A stretch of 64,000 nt of DNA from Nitrosospira sp. (GTDB lineage: Bacteria; Pseudomonadota; Gammaproteobacteria; Burkholderiales; Nitrosomonadaceae). A program made the position numbers and the translations under genes. Positions 59,583 through 64,000 of this stretch are shown here, in pieces. The DNA lies in the NCBI GenBank assembly GCA_035547595.1, contig DASZUL010000047.1:27160-91159 (forward strand), read 5' to 3'. How positions within the stretch are numbered: position 1 is the first letter of the stretch; the number at the start of each line of letters is the position of its first letter. A model generated the notes under the pieces. It was not told the origin of the DNA. It made no database searches and was given only the letters and a program-made list of their open reading frames with translations.

Positions 59583-59852
59583 ATGTCTCAAGACCATCAC
59601 CTGAATGCCGCCATCCTGGCATCCGTACTGACATGTCCTCGCTGCGGATATGCGAAGAAAGAACTGATGCCGACGGACGCATGCCAGTACTATTATGAAT
59701 GCAGCGGCTGCAGGACGCTATTGCGCCCCCGCCCCGGTGACTGCTGCGTTTTTTGTTCCTTCGGTTCGGTCAAGTGCCCTCCGGTCCAGGCGCAATCCGC
59801 CTGCTGCGAATGGAATGCCATCGGCGGGAACGCCGCTCCTCATTTGGGCTGA
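59583..59852 (+). CDS. GDCCVxC domain-containing protein
   Basis: LTCPRCG...MPTDACQYYYECSGC...LRPRPGDCCVFCSFGSVKCPP. Confidence 0.92.
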   Translation: MSQDHHLNAAILASVLTCPRCGYAKKELMPTDACQYYYECSGCRTLLRPRPGDCCVFCSFGSVKCPPVQAQSACCEWNAIGGNAAPHLG

Positions 59853-60038
59853 AGCTTATGCCGATGAATAACAAGCTATACAAGGGCAAAGCGGTAGCCG
59901 GAATCCGGGCGATAATGGGTGTGTAGCGTACACAGGCTGGATACCTGCTTTCGCAGGTATGACGATTGTTCGGCCTGCTGTTGGACCGCGCATTTTACCG
60001 CCAGCAGATAGTCGAAGGAAACAGGAAAGCACCCTAAA

Positions 60039-61043
60039 ATGAAAATCGCCGTGTGCAGCGCCCAGTCTTATGACCGCCAGTTTCTGTCGGACGCCAATCG
60101 CGACTTCGGGCATGAGTTGACGTTCTTCGACTCGCACCTATGCCAGGAGACGCGGCAGATGGTGGCGGGATTTCCCGCGGTGTGCGCGTTCGTCAACGAC
60201 ACACTGGATGCCCTGGTGCTGGAAGCGCTGGCAGGGCAGGGCACGCGCCTGATCGCGTTGCGCTGCGCAGGGTTCAACAATGTTGATATCCCGGCAGCTT
60301 GCAAACTCGGCATCCAGGTGGTGAGGGTGCCGGCATATTCGCCGTATTCCGTCGCGGAACATACAGTCTCCCTGATGCTGGCGCTCAATCGCCACCTGCA
60401 TCAGGCTTACAACCGCGTGCGCAACGGCAATTTCGCGCTGCAGGGATTGCTTGGCGTCGAACTGCACGGAAAGACCGTCGGTATCATCGGCACCGGGCGC
60501 ATTGGGAGCGCGGTAGCACAAATACTGCGGGGTTTTGGATGTCGCCTGATCGCCCACGATCCCGAGCAGAGCATCGATTGCATCAGCCTGGGCGTCGAGT
60601 ATGTGCCGCTGGAACAGCTTTATGCCGGAAGCGACATCATTACCCTGCATTGCCCGCTCAATCCGCAAACACATCATCTGATCGACGCTGCGGCGGTTGC
60701 GCGCATGAAGCCCGGCGTGATGCTGATCAATACAAGCCGTGGCGCGGTCATCGATACCCGTGCGGTGATAGAGGCACTGAAAGCATGCAGGATCGGCTAC
60801 CTCGGCCTGGATGTTTATGAGCAGGAAGGTGATTTGTTCTTCCAGGATCTATCCGACCGGGTGCGGCAAGATGACGTGTTCGAGCGCCTGCTGACCTTTC
60901 CCAATGTGGTGATTACCGGGCATCAGGGATTTTTTACGGTTGAAGCGCTTGCCAGCATCGCTCATACCACCTTGCAGAATATCAGCCTGTTCGAGGCCGG
61001 AAAGTCGTGCCAGAATGAGGTGACAACCAGACTGGTCGGTTAA
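60039..61043 (+). CDS. ldhA: D-lactate dehydrogenase / D-2-hydroxyacid dehydrogenase
   Basis: RCAGFNNVD, RVPAYSPYSVAEH, GTGRIG, INTSRG, LDVYEQE and TGHQGF motifs. Confidence 0.93.
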   Translation: MKIAVCSAQSYDRQFLSDANRDFGHELTFFDSHLCQETRQMVAGFPAVCAFVNDTLDALVLEALAGQGTRLIALRCAGFNNVDIPAACKLGIQVVRVPAYSPYSVAEHTVSLMLALNRHLHQAYNRVRNGNFALQGLLGVELHGKTVGIIGTGRIGSAVAQILRGFGCRLIAHDPEQSIDCISLGVEYVPLEQLYAGSDIITLHCPLNPQTHHLIDAAAVARMKPGVMLINTSRGAVIDTRAVIEALKACRIGYLGLDVYEQEGDLFFQDLSDRVRQDDVFERLLTFPNVVITGHQGFFTVEALASIAHTTLQNISLFEAGKSCQNEVTTRLVG

Positions 61044-61152
61044 TATTTATTATTATCAGTATATTAATCAATTATATTGATAATTAACTTTAATATATTT
61101 CTGGCGCCAGACCAGCGGATCACCTGTGATTCAGGAAGCAAACGGCCCGGAT

Positions 61153-61656
61153 TCAAAGAATGATGATATTCGAGACCACCCGGCACCGCCAGTCGAAGGG
61201 AATGTTTGGCGCGGGCTCCCCATCCGGCTTCCAGGTAAAGGCAGTAATCTGCAGGTCGTTGAAAATCGGGCTGTTCGGATTCTTTACCAGCTCGTGCATC
61301 AGAGTCACATAGCAAGGCGTCGCCGTTTTTGGCGTTGCCTGCAGGAATATCGGTTCCGCAAAGGAATTGGTATCGCTGCATATGAAATCGCTCAAGAGAA
61401 AGACACGCTTTCCGTCCGCGCCGGTCGAAGTGCGGCCGGTCGTATCGAGGAGCCTGACCGGACTATTGCAGAATTTTCCTTCGAATATGATTCGCCGCCA
61501 CGTGGTCTGGCTGTTTTCCTCATAAAAGCTCGAACCGACAGGGAACGAAAAGAACGCCAGCTGCTCGGCATCGACATCGATTTCTTTGCCGGTGGCCTTC
61601 TCCAGTTGCGCCTTGACGTCGGCAAGTGCTGCCGATATCTTGTCGTCTATTGCCAT
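61153..61656 (-). CDS. Hypothetical protein
   Basis: GGAG RBS before ATG 61656; globular-like composition; no family recognised. Confidence 0.7.
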   Translation of the reverse strand: MAIDDKISAALADVKAQLEKATGKEIDVDAEQLAFFSFPVGSSFYEENSQTTWRRIIFEGKFCNSPVRLLDTTGRTSTGADGKRVFLLSDFICSDTNSFAEPIFLQATPKTATPCYVTLMHELVKNPNSPIFNDLQITAFTWKPDGEPAPNIPFDWRCRVVSNIIIL

Positions 61657-62006
61657 TTTGTTCTCCTCTATTCCAGAATAACGGAAATTCAAACCAGTTT
61701 TATCCTTCCGGCGTGTTCCATAAGCTCGTGATTCCGAATCTTCCCGATACTTACTTATGATCTGCTGGACCTGTTCTGCGGCCTCTCAATCAGACTAGTA
61801 CCGGGACGAGGCAAATCAAGCTGAGCAGATGCGTTTTTTATCGAGGCAAACGGAAAACGGGAATAGTGTTCGCCAGCGAACGGAATAACCATGCCCATGG
61901 CAGAAAATAGCCGGCTGGCACTCTCGCGCCTTGAAATACCAGCCTGATATGAGTTGCGGAGTGCCGTTGCCGATCTCTCCAATGCAATCATCACAGGAGG
62001 CATGCC

Positions 62007-62192
62007 ATGCCGCGAGGAGACAAATCGTCCTATACGGACAAGCAGAAGCGCCAGACGCGCCACATCGAAGAAGGATACGAAGAGAAAGGTGTTTCAAAAG
62101 AGGAGGCGGAGCGCCGTGCATGGGCGACCGAAAACAAGATATCCGGCGGAGGCAAGAAATCCGGCTCGGGCAAGGATTCGAAGAAATCCTGA
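62007..62192 (+). CDS. Small conserved basic protein (MPRGDKS..TDKQKR family)
   Basis: GGAGG RBS; HIEEGYE..GVS..EAERRAWAT.NK.SGGGKKSGSG motif. Confidence 0.8.
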   Translation: MPRGDKSSYTDKQKRQTRHIEEGYEEKGVSKEEAERRAWATENKISGGGKKSGSGKDSKKS

Positions 62193-62447
62193 TATTCGGC
62201 TTGATGGACCGGTTTCTTTAGTCGCGTAAATCCGGCAACAGGCATTGCTACGCTTAATCCGCCTTGCTGCCTGCGCAATGTTTCAGTAAAAAATCGCCGT
62301 TCGACTCCTGCAAGCAAAGGGGGCGCGGGGATTTGTTTTTTCCAATTATGTGTACGGTCCCTGCCGGTCGATTCTCCCGCAATCCGCGCTGTTCGGAGAA
62401 TTTGACCAGGATCAGGTAAGGAGCGCAGCCTGAGCAGCCAGCCATCA

Positions 62448-63740
62448 TTGCCGCGCATTGTCATCCTGGGCGCCGGGTTCGGCGGGCTGGCCTGCGCCCG
62501 GGCATTACGGCATGCGGCGGCCGAAGTAATCCTGGTGGACCAGCGCAATTTCCACCTGTTCCAGCCTTTGCTCTACCAGGTCGCGACCGCGGCCCTGTCG
62601 CCCGCTGATATTGCAACACCTATCCGGCGAATCGTGCGGAATCAGCCCAACGCGAAAGTGATGCTCGGCCATATCGAAGGAATCGACCGGCGGGCACGTA
62701 CCGTGCGCCTGCGTGAAACCGCACGCCCTATCCCTTATGATGTTCTCGTCGTGGCCACCGGTGCCGGGCATGCCTATTTCGGGCATGAAGACTGGGAAAA
62801 ATTCGCGCCCGGGCTTAAGCTGGTGGAAGATGCGCTGGATATCCGCAACCATATGCTGGATGCGTTCGAGCGCGCGGAACGGGTGGAGGATGCCGGGGAA
62901 CGGCAGCGTATGTTGAGCTTCGCCATTATCGGTGGCGGCCCTACAGGGGTGGAAGTGGCGGGAGCCATCGCGGAACTGGCAAGGATCGAACTGGCGCAGG
63001 CGTCGCGCGCGCTGCATGGGCTGGCTCCCCGCGTCGTCCTGATCGAAGCCGGCCCGCAGATCCTGCCCACTTTTGCTCCGCCGCTCGCGGCGAAGGCCCG
63101 GCACTCGCTTGAACAGCTTGGCGTCGAGGTGCGCACCAATTCCAGGGTCGAGCGCTGCGATGCCGAAGGGGTTATCGCGGCCGGCGAGCGCATCCAGGCG
63201 AACACCCTCGTCTGGGCCGCCGGAGTCGCCGCATCCCCGGCTGCCCAATGGCTTCAGGTCGAGCCGGACCGTGCGGGGCGCGTCCCTGTCAACAATAAGC
63301 TGATGCTGGCGGACGATCCTCGCGTTTTCGTCATCGGCGACACAGCTGCGGTCGCCTGGGAAGACGGAAAACTCGTTCCCGGCATCGCGCCGGCCGCCAA
63401 GCAGGAAGGCCAATATGTGGCAAGGCTCCTGTTACGGCGAATACAGGAAACAGGCGAAATACAGGGGCCGGGACCAGGGGGAGCAGAAGCGCGGCTGGAA
63501 CCCGGTTTTCGTTATCATCACGCCGGCGACCTCGCCACCATCGGCCACAAAGCCGCAGTGGTCGATTTCGGCTGGATCCGGCTCAGCGGCCTGCCCGCAT
63601 GGCTGCTGTGGGGTATCGTGCATATTTTTTTCCTGATCGGTTTTCGCAACCGCCTAATCGTAATGGTCGGCTGGCTGTGGTCATATTTCACTTCCGATCG
63701 CGGCGCCCGCCTGATCACCGGCACCGGCCGCGATCTCTGA
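62448..63740 (+). CDS. ndh: Type II NADH:quinone oxidoreductase
   Basis: GAGFGG, FQPLLYQVATA, GGGPTGVE, WAAGV and VFVIGD motifs; TTG start. Confidence 0.93.
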   Translation: MPRIVILGAGFGGLACARALRHAAAEVILVDQRNFHLFQPLLYQVATAALSPADIATPIRRIVRNQPNAKVMLGHIEGIDRRARTVRLRETARPIPYDVLVVATGAGHAYFGHEDWEKFAPGLKLVEDALDIRNHMLDAFERAERVEDAGERQRMLSFAIIGGGPTGVEVAGAIAELARIELAQASRALHGLAPRVVLIEAGPQILPTFAPPLAAKARHSLEQLGVEVRTNSRVERCDAEGVIAAGERIQANTLVWAAGVAASPAAQWLQVEPDRAGRVPVNNKLMLADDPRVFVIGDTAAVAWEDGKLVPGIAPAAKQEGQYVARLLLRRIQETGEIQGPGPGGAEARLEPGFRYHHAGDLATIGHKAAVVDFGWIRLSGLPAWLLWGIVHIFFLIGFRNRLIVMVGWLWSYFTSDRGARLITGTGRDL

Positions 63741-63776
63741 GCACATACCCGCAAATCTCTCCGGGACTCGAGCCCT

Positions 63777-64000
63777 ATGGAAAAACAGGTCATTCGCCCC
63801 ATGCAGTCCGCTGTTTCCGGGGAGTTGATCGCAGCCTACCGTTCCACCCACTATCGGGTTGCGCCACAAGCCGTGCAAGGTGCAGAAGCGGCTTCCGCGC
63901 CGGACCGGGGTCGCGCATTCGTTCTGCGCATCGACGAACATTCCGAACCGTTATCGCGGCTTTTCGCTGCTTCCGGCTACCGATGCGCCGCATTCATCAC
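63777..64000 (+). CDS. DUF3293-family protein, running off the right edge
   Basis: Hand translation MEKQVIRPMQSAVSGELIAAYRSTHYRV...LRIDEHSEPLSRLFAASGYRCAAFI; absent from the track because it has no stop. Confidence 0.75.
   Translation, partial: MEKQVIRPMQSAVSGELIAAYRSTHYRVAPQAVQGAEAASAPDRGRAFVLRIDEHSEPLSRLFAASGYRCAAFI

Noticed and set aside
1-64000. Integrase, intact transposase, tRNA, rRNA, prophage or defence system
   Set aside because: None recognisable; the only mobile-element trace is the IS3-family remnant at 14888..14989.

Overview
A 64-kb stretch of betaproteobacterial chromosome, most likely from an ammonia oxidiser of the Nitrosomonadaceae (Nitrosospira-like). This is an inference from an AmoD/AmoE/PmoD-family gene, PEP-CTERM/exosortase-associated genes and the gene content. 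It starts with a housekeeping block (tmk, holB, alkA-like, tatD, ankyrin, VOC, wrbA, SDR, MgtC-like, DinG/YoaA helicase). A long accessory region follows, dominated by metal and phosphate homeostasis: an orphan AmoD/PmoD-type copper protein, two ppk2 genes, a duplicated RND pump, a DUF2796-ABC-DUF3299 operon split by a pit-ppk2-pstS cassette with a Pho-box promoter, CsoR-type operators, a Zn-independent-type DksA, a cusCBA-cusF-copA copper island, Fur-boxed hemP-bfd-bfr, and putative outer-membrane barrels. It ends with tpm, a frameshifted eCIS-effector-like metallopeptidase gene, a GDCCVxC protein, ldhA, ndh and a partial DUF3293 gene. The best candidate for an undescribed system is a set of three paralogous His/Met-containing lipoproteins, each next to known or putative copper/metal genes, together with a CsoR-like promoter motif and the orphan AmoD/PmoD-like gene. 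All family assignments come from motif recognition by eye; no database searches were run.
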